Source of the DNA: Selaginella moellendorffii
Taxonomy: Eukaryota > Plantae > Lycopodiophyta
DNA length: 64,000 nt
Direction: 5' to 3'
Assembly (NCBI RefSeq): GCF_000143415.4
Contig: NW_003314326.1
Coordinates: 1,068,268 to 1,132,267, forward strand
The position numbers were made by a program, and so were the translations under genes. The notes beneath the pieces were generated by a model that made no database searches, was not told the origin of the DNA, and saw nothing but the letters and a program-made list of their open reading frames with translations. Positions 26,204 through 37,566 of the stretch are shown one piece after another (the first letter of the stretch is position 1; each line of letters starts with the position of its first letter).

Positions 26204-26461
26204 ATGGCAAGCACAAAATCTGTAAGTGAGGCAAAAAAGGAGACGGAGAAGGAGATAGGTGAAGATGTAGAATATATAAGTCTTCCAAACTCCCCGTACT
26301 ATACTCCAGGTGATCATTTTTCTGAACAAACGGCAACATTAACAACTATCGAGAACGCCCCAGTAATGTCAGAGACAACAATCCAAAGCAAAACAACTGA
26401 CCCGGAGAAGGATGATAGTACCGCTGAGAGTACCAAAAAGGAGGTGTCCACTAGCGCTTAG
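26204..26461 (+). CDS. Small 85-aa ORF of unknown function near the right end of the transposon
   Basis: MASTKS...YISLPNSPYYTP...SETTIQSK...STAESTKK resembles the ORFs at 855-1109 and 33492-33839. Confidence 0.4.
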   Translation: MASTKSVSEAKKETEKEIGEDVEYISLPNSPYYTPGDHFSEQTATLTTIENAPVMSETTIQSKTTDPEKDDSTAESTKKEVSTSA

Positions 26462-27121
26462 GCTTATAATGGCGTGTGCCCTCATGCCATTTACTTGATC
26501 ACCAAATACCTTTTTCCCTTTGCACTAGTATATCTTAATACCGGTCTGAGAAATAGAATGGCATGTGCCCTCAGGCCTTTTACTAAATCACCTTTGAAAG
26601 AAATGCAAGCCTCTATGTCGTAAAAAAAAGGTACTAGAGAAATTCCTTAATAATATGAATGTTATTTAGTTTCATGAAAATACACTAAGGGTCAAATGAG
26701 TTAAATGACTTCTCCAGACTAGCAATGCCTCTTGCTACACCTTCACAATTAGATTCGTTAGAAAAAGATAACATTGAATAATATCTAAATGTTCTCACCA
26801 TTAAGTTATATGTCTGGCTAATAGGAATGATGTTCATCTTGGAAAGCTCACCACACGCTCAATGAACAAACAAATAGTGTGTGCGCGCATGCCATCGCTC
26901 TTCTTTAGCTTCAGATTCGGCTTGTTCACCTTGACAATGAGATTTATTATACAACTAGATGGACTCAGTCTGGACATAAGGTCACCGCGCTAGTCACCAT
27001 GCCCCAGATATGTCTAGCCCCTGGACAAAAAACATATAATTTCACGTCATTTTCAAATACTTGAAAATTTGTACCTAGTCCCATTTTACTGAATAAATCC
27101 CACTTTAACGAAATAGAGCTT

Positions 27122-29710
27122 GATTGAGGACCTGTTCAATAGGTTGGGAAATGCAAAATACTTCTCGAGGATTGACCTAAGGTCGGGATACTACCAGATC
27201 AGGGTAGCAGAGGAAGATGTCGAGAAGACAACCTGTCGAACAAGGTATGAGAGCTTTGAGTTTCTGGTGATGCCCTTTGGGCTATGCAATGTGACAGTAA
27301 TGTTTTTGGCACTGATGAACCACATCTTTGTATCTTATCTAGATCACTTTGTGGTTGTCTATATTGATGACATCCTGATCTATAGTGAGACGCTAAAGGA
27401 GTATGCCGAGCACTTGACAAAGGTGTTTGAAAAACTAAGGGAACACAAACTATATCCTAAAGAGAGCAAATGCGACTTTGCTTAACAAAAGGTAAAGTTT
27501 CGCATGTGGTGGGCTAGGATAGGCTCAAGGTGGACCCTAAAAAGGTCCAAGTGATCCAAGAATGAGAGCAACCATCAAATGTACATGAGTTGAGGGCGTT
27601 CCTGGGACTATGCAACTACTACCAAAAGTTTATCAAACACTATTCAAGAGTAACCCTACCTTTAACGGACCAAACTGGTAAAGGGAAGATGGTATAGACA
27701 ATGGAATGCAAGGCGGCATTTGTCCACCTTAAAGGGAAGTTGAGGAAGACACCCGTGTTAGCATTACCCGACTTCGATAAGGACTTTGAGGTAGAAACAG
27801 ATGCTTCAGACTTTGCGTTGGGCGCAGTTTTGAAACAAGACAACCATTTAGTGGCGTTCTTCTTGAAGAAGTTGGACAAGGCTCAACGAAAGTGGCCTAC
27901 CCACGAGAAAGAATTATTTGCGGTGGTCAAGGTGCTGAAGGAGTGGCGATACTACCTTGGGAGGCACTTCAAAGTTTACATAGATAATGTGGCAACGAAA
28001 CACTTTTTGTCACAACCTGACCTAAGAGGGAAACAAGGTTGGTAGGCCAGTGCTTTGGCTGAGTTTGATTGCGAGATTCTGTATAAACCTAGGAAGAGCA
28101 ACATCGTGGCAAATGCTCTAAGTCGAAAAGGAAGCTTAAAGTTGGTGATATCTAGCGCAACAGCAACCTTTTGGGACAATGTGCGAACAGTGTATGAGAA
28201 CAATGGTCTAGCACAAGAAGTGTCGCTGAGGAACCAAGAGGTGCGAGAAGCTCACCAGAGAGGTGAGTTGCCAATAGAAGAGAAAACAGGTTATGCAAAA
28301 CGCAATGGACTCATCTATTATAAACAAACAAGGGTGTACGTTCTAGAAGGGGAACTAAGGAAGATAGCCTTAGAAGAGTGTCATGACGGATTTCTTGCAG
28401 GCTTACTCAAGAGGAAGTATCACTGGCCAGATATGGTTAAAGACGTCCAAGACTATGTAAAAACATGTCCAACATGTCAGCAGGTCAAAGCCGTGACTAA
28501 GGCTAGTGGGGGCTTGTTACAAAGCATCCCAATTTCAGATCGGCCGTGAAAATGTCTTACAATAGACTTCATCATGGGACTCCCCTCAAGCAAGGGATTC
28601 GATGCGATATTCGTGGTGGTGGACTGATTTTTGAAGATGACACATTTTATACCCACCACAACGGAAGTGGATGTGAAAGGTGTGGTGAAACTATTCTTCA
28701 AACAAATGGTTCGAGTGCGGGGAAGGCCAGAAGAGATCATCTCAGATCGAGATAAGATCTTCACTAGTAGGTTCTGGAGAACTCTCCTAGAATAGTATCA
28801 CACCAAGTTGAAATTCAACACAACCTATCACCCACAGACAGGTATTGGGTATTAAGTCAAGTTTGATGGCACTAACACTTCTTGACAGATGGACAAATGG
28901 AAAGGGTGAATAGGCAGTTGGAGGATTATTTGCAATGCTATGTCTCGGGAGACCAGACCGATTGGGTAAGTCATTTGGGACTTGCAGAAATGTGCTATAA
29001 CAACTCACCACACTCAAGTATCGGGGTGAGTCCATGGGAAGTCATCAATGGGCGAGTTATTGAAGGTCCTGTGGAACTCAGTGTGGTCGAGTATCATGGA
29101 GAGTTACCTGCAGTGGAGGCATTCACAGCGGAAAGACTCAACATTTGGAATCTAGTGAGGGATTTCTTGGAACGAGCTCAACAAAAGCAAGCCAAATACG
29201 CGAACCAGAAGTGCCAGGATGTAGAGTTCCAAGCTGAGGAGAAGGTGTGGCTGAACACCAAGAACCTCAGGCTACCAAGTGGGATCAGCCGGAAGTTGAC
29301 CCAAAGGTAAAAATGCATGTATTCTTGTAAATGAATTGATCTTGAGTTCCTTAAGCAGGTTCGTGGGGCCTTACGAGATTGAGTCACGAATTGGTAAAGT
29401 GGCTTACCGTCTCCGACTTCCTCGAGAGATGGGGATGATGCACCTAGTGTTCCACATGAACTTACTCAAGCCATACTTTGAGGATCCACTTCGCAAGGAC
29501 CAAGTAAGACATTTACTTGAGGTTATCCAAAGGGAGGAGGAATACGAAGTCGAGGGCATCCTCAATGCACGCAAGAGTAAGCAATAAGGACGCGAGGTGA
29601 GAGAGTTCCATGTGAAGTGAGAAGGATTTCCATACTGCGAAGCAACATGGGAACCAAAGGAAAACCTAGCAAACACATAAGATCTAGTGGAGGAATTTCT
29701 GCAAGGCAGA
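27122..29710 (+). pseudogene. Gypsy B pol remainder: RT, RNase H, integrase, chromodomain
   Basis: EDLFNRL...IDLRSGYYQI, VYIDDILIYS, ETDASDFALGAVL, CPTCQ integrase Zn finger, GPYEI (GPY/F), EEYEVEGIL...ATWEPKENL chromodomain. Stops and frameshifts. Confidence 0.92.
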
Positions 29711-30142
29711 ACTCTATATACATATGCAAAGTTCAATTAAAGTATTAATTTGTGAAGTTGAGCAATGGTATATGCTGGGACTCGAAGGCGCACCGAAGGT
29801 AAGCTAATTAGCATAGGTTAGCTAAGTTGACTAGGTGTAGAGAATTACACCCGACTCCCTGCAAGGATGTCGAATCCGTAGACGTATTCTACAAAGGTTG
29901 GGTTCAAGTCCCAACCCCCTAGTAAAGCAAGGCTGGGTTCAAGTCCCAACCCCATATTAGAGCGTGGTGAAGTGAGGGGTATAGGGACACCTATATTCTG
30001 TTGTCATGGGCTTTTGGCCGGGGAGGCTAACTTAGGCACATCACTAAGTGGGGAGATGCCCCTAGAGACATGGGTAACAAGTCGTAGGATTAAAAAAAGA
30101 TGTTCGATGTGGGCATCGAACTTCTTCTATGGGTGGTGGAGT

Positions 30143-31057
30143 TGTAAGGAACCAACTCCTCGAGGTGTCGTAGGCTAAAGGATTCCCGAAAGTACGACTG
30201 AAATGATAAAGAGTTCATCAGATGGGACCGAATCTAAGATCGAGTCCAAGACCAACTCTGAAACCGAGTTCGAGATAGAGTTCGGGACCAAGTCTGAGGC
30301 CGACTCCGAGACTGAGTTCGAGACCAAGTTTGAGACAGAGTTTGAGATCTGAGATCGGGTCCGAGACCAAGTCCAAGGTCGAGTCCGATGTCGAGTTCGA
30401 GATCGGGTCCGAGGTCGAGTCTGAGATCTAGTCCGAGATTGAGTCCGAAATCAGGTCCGAGGTCGAGTTCGAGACTAAGTTCGAGTACTAATACAGGTCA
30501 AGGGGTGAAAGCACAAAAGGGAAACCAACTGCGGTGCTCCCGGCTCATGTGGAGTGGTGCCCCACTTGAGTACCTTGTGGTTTATTGGTCCTCGCCCTTC
30601 CTAGGGGCTTAGGCCTTCCCTTCGGGATGGAAGTGGGGGGGTAGAGGTACCTATACCATGCCATTAGGCCATGGTGTTTCGCCCCGGTATCCCGAAGCAA
30701 GTGTTGCACCCAAGGCTTAGGAATTAGAAAGTTCTATGATCAAGTCTTGTTGTACCAAGGGATGTTAGGAACTTGGAGGCTTGGTGTGCTTAGCTGCTTG
30801 TACCTGTGGGGAGTGTAGCTGAACCTTAAGTCAAGTCTAACTCGGGGAGGGGGATTGAGAGAGATTTGGGAATCCATGGATGGATGGCTAACTCTCCGTT
30901 GTTCGTGCAGTGAGTAGTTGAAACCAAGTAGGACCACGTAGGAGCTGGTATAATAAGCAAGAACCTTGGCGAGGGAACTTAGCTAAAAGCCAAAGCGGTG
31001 TTGGTTGGATAGGTGAGGTAAGTTAGCAAATTGAAAAGGAAAAATTTATAGATTACA
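30143..31057 (+). repeat. 3' LTR of Gypsy B
   Basis: TGTAAGG start after the PPT, ends GATTACA. Its 3' part is colinear with 11552-11897. Confidence 0.85.
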
Positions 31058-31871
31058 CCTGTATCTAGCATCTATATGCAAAATGGTGTCAGATAGTGTC
31101 TAGCACAATTTTGGTATACCAGTGGCCTAACACGAGAAGGAGGGTACCCCACTGACGAGAGCAACATGGAGCTTGGGCTTAGACCCAAGGTAGATGCAAA
31201 ACAAGGAGCAACACAACCCAACATAAGTCAAACTAATGTCTAAAATGGTCAGACATGCATTCCAACCACTATCCTTACTATACATTTAGAATCCCTTTTT
31301 AGCCCCGCCCCCCCCCCCAAGAAACACACGCTTTGGGTTTTCACCCTAAGCTTCCCTTAGTATCAAGAGTTAGTCTTTGGGATTAACTCAAAACTTATAA
31401 AATATCGAATAACATTAAATTGTGAATTTGGACACAGGATGAACACCATTGTGTTTAGGCCAATGTCTACATTCTGTAGATATACCAAATTAGTAAATTT
31501 AGACACTTTCCATAATTAGCCAATGGAACGAAACAAGACCAATACAAAAAGCATGATAGCGAGGGTGTTTGGCAAACACAGTAAGCTATCATGTAATAAT
31601 ATTAAGGGACTAGACTTAATGAGCAAGTGCAAGTTAATGAATGAGTTTCTCTAACTAGCTCAAGTATGTTTAACAAATAATATTTAAGAATTCCATCCTT
31701 ATACTCATCTGGTCAAATGCACACGCGATTACCAATTTCTTAACTAGCTTGGGTGGAGGTCATAAAAGGAACCAGCAATATTGACCTCTTACCATTGTGG
31801 TAATAAAGAAAGAGTGTTCATAAGGACTACCTGACAAGTATCTTTCGATACCCAAAGTTACATTTGCGACA
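31058..31871 (-). repeat. 5' LTR of Gypsy A (truncated where B abuts)
   Basis: Colinear with about 7165-8003. Confidence 0.85.
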
Positions 31872-34800
31872 ATTAGCTTCATTGCTAAAAAAATTTTGTG
31901 TAATGGTTCATTTTTGCTTTCTTTTAATTTTGTTCTAATATTGATGATTTAGAAGTGATGCTTTAACATTAACATTATTGAAGTTTATATTAGAGTTAGA
32001 TGAGTATTGTAGATATCAAAAGTTACCTATTGCAATAGAGTGGCTCTCCAAGGTTTTATTCTTCATCAAGATTGATTTATATAGTGCTTGCAACTTCATT
32101 TGCATTTAGAAAGGTGATGAGTGGAAAATGACATTTTGTACTTGTTATAGTCATTTTTTGAGTACATAGTGATGCTTTTTGGTCTGATTAACACCCCTGA
32201 TGTTTTCTAATATATGGTAAATAATGTATTTTATGATTTTCTTGATCTCTTTATGGTCATATATCTTGATGACATTATTATTTTTTCTGAGACTTAAGAA
32301 GAGCATGACCATTATATTCTTCAATACCTTTGACAACATAGGATTTTTGTAAAGCTAAAAATTACTATTTGATTAATATTCAATAGAGTTTTGAGGTATA
32401 TTATTTCCTCATATAGCATCATTATGGATCCTACCAAGGTTTCCACCAACACCCAATTTCTATTTATGATGTCCGATGCTTTGTTAGCTTTGCAAACTTT
32501 TGCTCTTTATTCAAGATTTATCCAAAATTGCTCTTCCTCTACCATACAGGATGTTTTTTCTTTTTTGTGATCCTCTACTACACATCCTCAATCGATGTCA
32601 AGCTCAATGGTTATAATCACTATCTCAGTTTTTATTTATGATTGTTTATTGTTTAGGAAAGCTAATACTCTTATTCAATATAGTTATCCTGCACCCTTAC
32701 TTAGAGATTTGATGTTTGACGTCTAACATCAAACTCTTGCTAAATTCTTTTTACTTCTAAATTAGCTCCCTTACACAATTCTATACTCATCTTGATTACT
32801 CCCTTAAATCACAAATTGAAATAGCTCAAGCCATCAATCTATTTGATTAAAAAGATCAATAATTAAAAAAAACTTATGTTTCTTAATTGATTATTGATTT
32901 CTTTAATTTTGGGAAAGTCTCCTTTATTAACATAATCAATTGTATGTACTTGATGACAAGCATGTCGTTTAAGAGTGCTATGACACTCTAATAACATGGC
33001 ACTTTGGTGTCTACAAAACATTTAAATTGGTCCAATGATATTTTTGGTGACCCCATATGCTTAAGTATGTTAAAAAATTTATCCATACATGCAATATATA
33101 TCAGCCGGGGATGGTCTAAACTTGAGTTGAGCTCACGAGTTGAGCTCAATTCAGCTTAAGTCAATGCTTGTCAACATAGTCAACCATAAGTCTTATAAGG
33201 AAAAGGTAAGTCAGAAAAATATTATTCTTTGAATTTAAGTATCAATGGTTTAGAGAAATTTCTATTTTTTGAATCTTTCTAATGCAATTTATACAATAAA
33301 ATACTGTTTCTAGAATTAGAAGTTCGTCTGAACCTATAGAAATTTTTGGGCTTTATTGGTCTCAAATAAAACTGGGAATATTGAAGTTCGAATAAACCTG
33401 AAATTTTTATTGTACATTTCAATAATTGACCAGAAATATATAAATAATTTGAAACACTAATTCACTCATTCATTCTTTAGAGTTTACAAAGATGGGAAGC
33501 AAGGAAGACAAAAAATTTATAAGTAGTTCTAGCATACAAAAATTTAAGAATATTAATTTTGTTTCACTACCACAATCTCCATATTACATTCCTGATCCTT
33601 ATTACCCATCTGGGAATGTGGAAGCCGCTGTCACTATTGATAAAAATGCTTTTGTTACTTTTGAAACAACAGTCCAGAGCAAGAAAAAAAAAAAATGGAC
33701 AGCACAGTGGAAAGCACTAATAAATCCACTCTATAAACCTTTCAATAGCTTTTGTAATCCACTAAAATATTATAAGTTTTTGATATATATCTTATTCCTT
33801 TTGATATGTTTTGTCTTTGTAAAGAGTATAAGTATGTAGTATATCCAGGCAGAAGGTGGCAGTGCATGTATTTACCACCACTTCACGTCACAACTTCTAT
33901 CCCCCCTATCCTTGTAGAAGGGTAGCCTAGCGGCAGCAACAAGTGGTGCTTGAGGGACACTTGTTGAACTTGTCGCATTGCTGCTCGGGAGAATGATGTG
34001 GACAAATCAAAGAGTTAAATTTATATATGATTTTGAGATTGAAAAGTAATCTTGCAAAAAGGCATACTCACATGCCTGTATGCTTTTGCCATTATTATAT
34101 ATGGCAAGTCAGCTATATAAAATAATGCTACATATTAATTATATGTTAGTTTTTAGCTTCTGGAACCCTATAGCCACTTGTCTCTCATAATAGGTCGTAA
34201 TTATTGAGACTAAGAGTTATGATTTAATATATTGTCATGTCATAATAAAACATCATTCCCGAGATTGAGATATAGTATATTAATAAGAGAATTCTTATTG
34301 CTGGGAAGTTTAATTCTTCTTGTGTGTTGCAATGGTTAGGAAGAAGTTTACTTTTGGTCTTGGAGGCCTCTCATATGAATCTCCACCTCCATCTCTAATC
34401 TCAATCAATAATCCACCTTCACCTCTATGCAACAATCTTCTTTTTTATTTTGAAGGCTATTGTGAGGTTCTTTCATTTGTGACCTTGACTGCAACTAAAC
34501 AAGAATTCCTTCCTTATGATGTTGTTAAAAGAGTTGGGTTGCCTCCAATACTCTAAAAGTAATGTCAACATTTTCTTCAAGATTTTACTCCAGATATGGT
34601 AGGAGAGCTTAATATAGATACATATTATCTTCGATGTCCTATATGCAACTTTTATTTAAACAAGATAGATAGTTGCATAAGTTTGGTAAATTTTATTGAG
34701 CATTGTCACAAATGCCCAAGAGTGGGTTTGGAAGGTGTGCACGTGTGGATATATAAGAAAATCAAAAAAGAATTAAAAACACAGTTATTATGATTTCATA

Positions 34801-36350
34801 GTGGAGAACAATATTTCATTGGTGAACACTACATCAATAAATGCTGAATATAGGATATTTAAGCCACCCTTTAATGTAATGTGAAAGTCATACATAATTT
34901 TTTCAAAAGTTGAATTCTTTATAAGTAAAGTGGAGAATCTTATATTTTCGAGAATAATAGTATTCTAGCATGTATAAAGATATTTTTATATATATAAGTG
35001 GTTCTGACACTATTATAATTCTGAAGTCCCATTTTTAAAACTGACAATCTAAACTTTCAAGAACCCCTAGATCTTTTCTTAATATAAATACCGATAAGGG
35101 ATGCTTTTAACATTAAAATTTTAGTTTGTTTAGAGTGTAGGAATGGCTAGGGAAAATGTTATTCACACTTGACCCCCATACATTTCATATGAATCTTCAC
35201 CTCCATCTCCAACTTCTACCAACATTCCACCACACAACAATAGTTGTGAGGCTTTTCCTTTTGTAACCAAGATGCCACAACATACTCCATTTGGTCATTC
35301 CTCTTGCTCTAGAGCCTTAGAAATCTATCTCTATAGAGTTTTGACTAATTTGCTATCATTTTGAGGATTTAACAACATGGTTGACCAATATTCCAAAATA
35401 TTGTATTTCTTGTTATGTCACAAAATAATTGATGGAGAGTAGTTAGTTGAGCTTATTTATAAGGAGATTTTCTGCCTTCATGGATTGTTGGATGATATTA
35501 TGAATGATTGAGGGTTTTAGTTTGTTTCTAACTTTTGGTGCCAATTTCTTTCATTCCTTTGCATCAAAAGAAACTATCCACTTCTCACTATCCTCAAACT
35601 AATAGTAATCAAAATGTACTATTTAAACTTTTGAGTGGTATTTTCAATGCTTTATTTTCCATCCATATGATATTTGGTTTGATTTCCTTCTACTAAGTTT
35701 ACTAATAATATTCTCAACACTCTTCAATACATCACTCTCCATTCTTTGTTAACTATGCTTTTGATCCTTATTGGTCAAATTCATTTCTTACAAAACTTAG
35801 TTTTATAAATGATTCTGTTGTTACTCATGCTACTACCTTGGGTTTTCTTTATGAAGAAGTTTACTATCACCTTTCTCATGCTTAAGCTATTCATCATTAT
35901 GTTACAAATTTTTATTATTAACCTAGTCCTTCTTTTTCTTTTGGATCAAAGGTTTAGCTTTGTCGTCATTATTGGAAAACCATACATCCTTACAATAAGC
36001 TTGATTATCAATTTTGTACCTCTAAGATCACTTATTGGGTCAATCTCCACCATTAATAAGCTTGCATCTTATGTTCCATATTTCTTTATTAAAACCTTAT
36101 CATACCCATTTATATTCCATCATTAGAGGTTATTGTTGGTATGTAGGAGTTTAAGGTTGTTGCTATTCTTGATTCAAAGTACCAGTATAACAAATTTTAT
36201 TATTTAATGGACTAGCATGGGTATTCTTTTAGTGATCATACTTGGGAGCCTACTCATCTTACTCATGCTTCTAAGTTAGTTAAGAATTTCAATAGCTTTA
36301 AGTTTAGTCCTATACAACTTCAATTGCTACTTGATGATTAGTATCAAGAT
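31872..36350 (+). pseudogene. Very old AT-eroded Gypsy pol relic (RT, integrase and chromodomain traces), interrupted at about 33106-35260
   Basis: Traces KIDL...KGDEWK...VMLFGL and VIYLDDI near 32070-32280. Integrase-like traces at 35270-35750. A TWEP chromodomain trace at about 36240. Confidence 0.6.
33106..35260 (+). repeat. Unclassified dispersed element, homologue of 1-1400, with small ORF 33492-33839
   Basis: Colinear inverted homology with 1-1400. It sits between two parts of the integrase Zn-finger trace of the old relic. Confidence 0.55.
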
Positions 36351-36956
36351 GGATGATATCATGTATTCAACATCTCTCTGTATTTACTGAGAAGTATATT
36401 TATCACTATTGTCCATGGTAGAAATCAAAACCTAAATCTTTGCTCACATAATTTAAACTCCAAGACATGTGCAGGACTATCATAGACCCATACCAGATTA
36501 AACTAGGGTTTTTGAGGATTTTATACTTAAAGTGTTCATTATAAATTCATCTATTTTCTTTATTATTTACTTCAGTAATATCAATGGTCTCCCCTTCTAT
36601 TGATAATAAGCTCTAGTACTATTAAAATTAATATACTTTGCTAAGATATATATAAATATATATATATGAAGGTGAAGATTTATACCTTCATAAATAGGTA
36701 TTATTATTTATTTATTTCTCTATAATATGTAGATATAGAAAATATCTATATTTTAAATTTTACTATATAATATATTTAAAGTATAAGATATTTTACAAAC
36801 ATAGTTAAACAAGTTTAAACACTTCTTATCTATATATTTTTAATATAAAATCTTGTGTTTTATAAGAAATTAAATATAAATTATAGTTTTAACTATTAAT
36901 TAAACATATTTTGTATCTCATTAATTATAGAGTAGTGCAAGAAATTATTGATTATT

Positions 36957-37364
36957 TTATATATTATTATATCTTCGGATTGGCACTGACCATTCGTTTT
37001 TAGAATAAGGCTTATGAGTTTCAAAAATTGCATATCCAAATATATACCATTCTATTTTTTCTTTCTCTTCATAATCTTCATGTGAACCTTGCTGATAAGC
37101 AGTGAAAACTCCAGGTAATCCTCCTGTAAACTTAAAATTACACCAAAATAAAGTATGTCCAATCCATCTAGTCTTAAAATCAAACATAAAATTTAATCTA
37201 TCTTTAAGAACTTGTATTCCTAAATCATCATCTTTTGATTGACAATGAATTTCAAGTTCATTACCAACCCTATTGTAGATATATACTTGTATATATGCAC
37301 TAAAACATGAATAAAAACTTAAAATTATAAATATTAAAAATAAATAATATCTCAACACCCCCAT
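36957..37364 (-). CDS. S-protein homologue (plant self-incompatibility S1/SPH family), secreted
   Basis: Intact, intronless, 135 aa. Hydrophobic signal peptide, then the family signatures VYIYN...LEIHCQSKDDDLG...F.FDFK...TLFWCNF. Confidence 0.88.
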   Translation of the reverse strand: MGVLRYYLFLIFIILSFYSCFSAYIQVYIYNRVGNELEIHCQSKDDDLGIQVLKDRLNFMFDFKTRWIGHTLFWCNFKFTGGLPGVFTAYQQGSHEDYEEKEKIEWYIFGYAIFETHKPYSKNEWSVPIRRYNNI

Positions 37365-37566
37365 ATCTTTTGATAAGAAGAAAAAAATATAATTACTTAA
37401 TTAAATTCTAGCTCATATATATAGGATGCTATATATAAAAATATAAAATAATACTCTACTCTTTAATATACTCCACTTGTAGTTATTTTATAATTTAGAT
37501 TTATATTATTATACTTTTAATTTATTATGAATAGTAAAAGAAATTAGTTTATAATAAAATAATATT

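Larger units (their letters stand above)
14474..26895. promoter_or_regulatory. Dispersed 22-bp palindromic motif ATGGCRTG-N6-CAYGCCAT (about 20 copies), putative protein-binding sites
   Basis: Copies start at 14474, 15551, 15626, 16853, 17044, 17185, 18657, 20618, 20753, 20912, 20991, 21853, 21925, 22540, 22638, 22674, 22744, 24590, 24647, 26062, 26469, 26558 and 26874. Some are half-sites or degenerate. The function is inferred. Confidence 0.75.
14089..27121. mobile_element. 13.0-kb cut-and-paste DNA transposon, Sola-like, carrying a large cargo gene
   Basis: Perfect 24-bp TIRs AAGCTCTATTTCGTTAAAGTGGGA (14089-14112 and 27098-27121). 4-bp TSD GATT (14085-88 and 27122-25). Removing it restores the host RT reading ...cca agg att gag gac ctg (PRIEDL). 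DDD transposase motifs inside. Confidence 0.9.
11552..31057 (+). mobile_element. Ty3/Gypsy chromovirus B nested in A and itself split by the DNA transposon
   Basis: Truncated 5' LTR 11552-11897 followed by PBS tggtattggagc (11901-11912). PPT at about 30131-30141. Full 3' LTR 30143-31057 (TGTAAG...TTACA). Order is gag-PR-RT-RH-INT-chromodomain. Confidence 0.9.
7078..31871 (-). mobile_element. Ty3/Gypsy retrotransposon A (outer element, interrupted by element B)
   Basis: 3' LTR 7078-8003, preceded on the minus strand by the PPT aaaggggggaaaa (8004-8016). Homologous, truncated 5' LTR at 31058-31871. Flanks GTTAG (7073-77) and ATTAG (31872-76) form a near-perfect 5-bp TSD. gag-pol lies on the minus strand. 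Confidence 0.8.
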
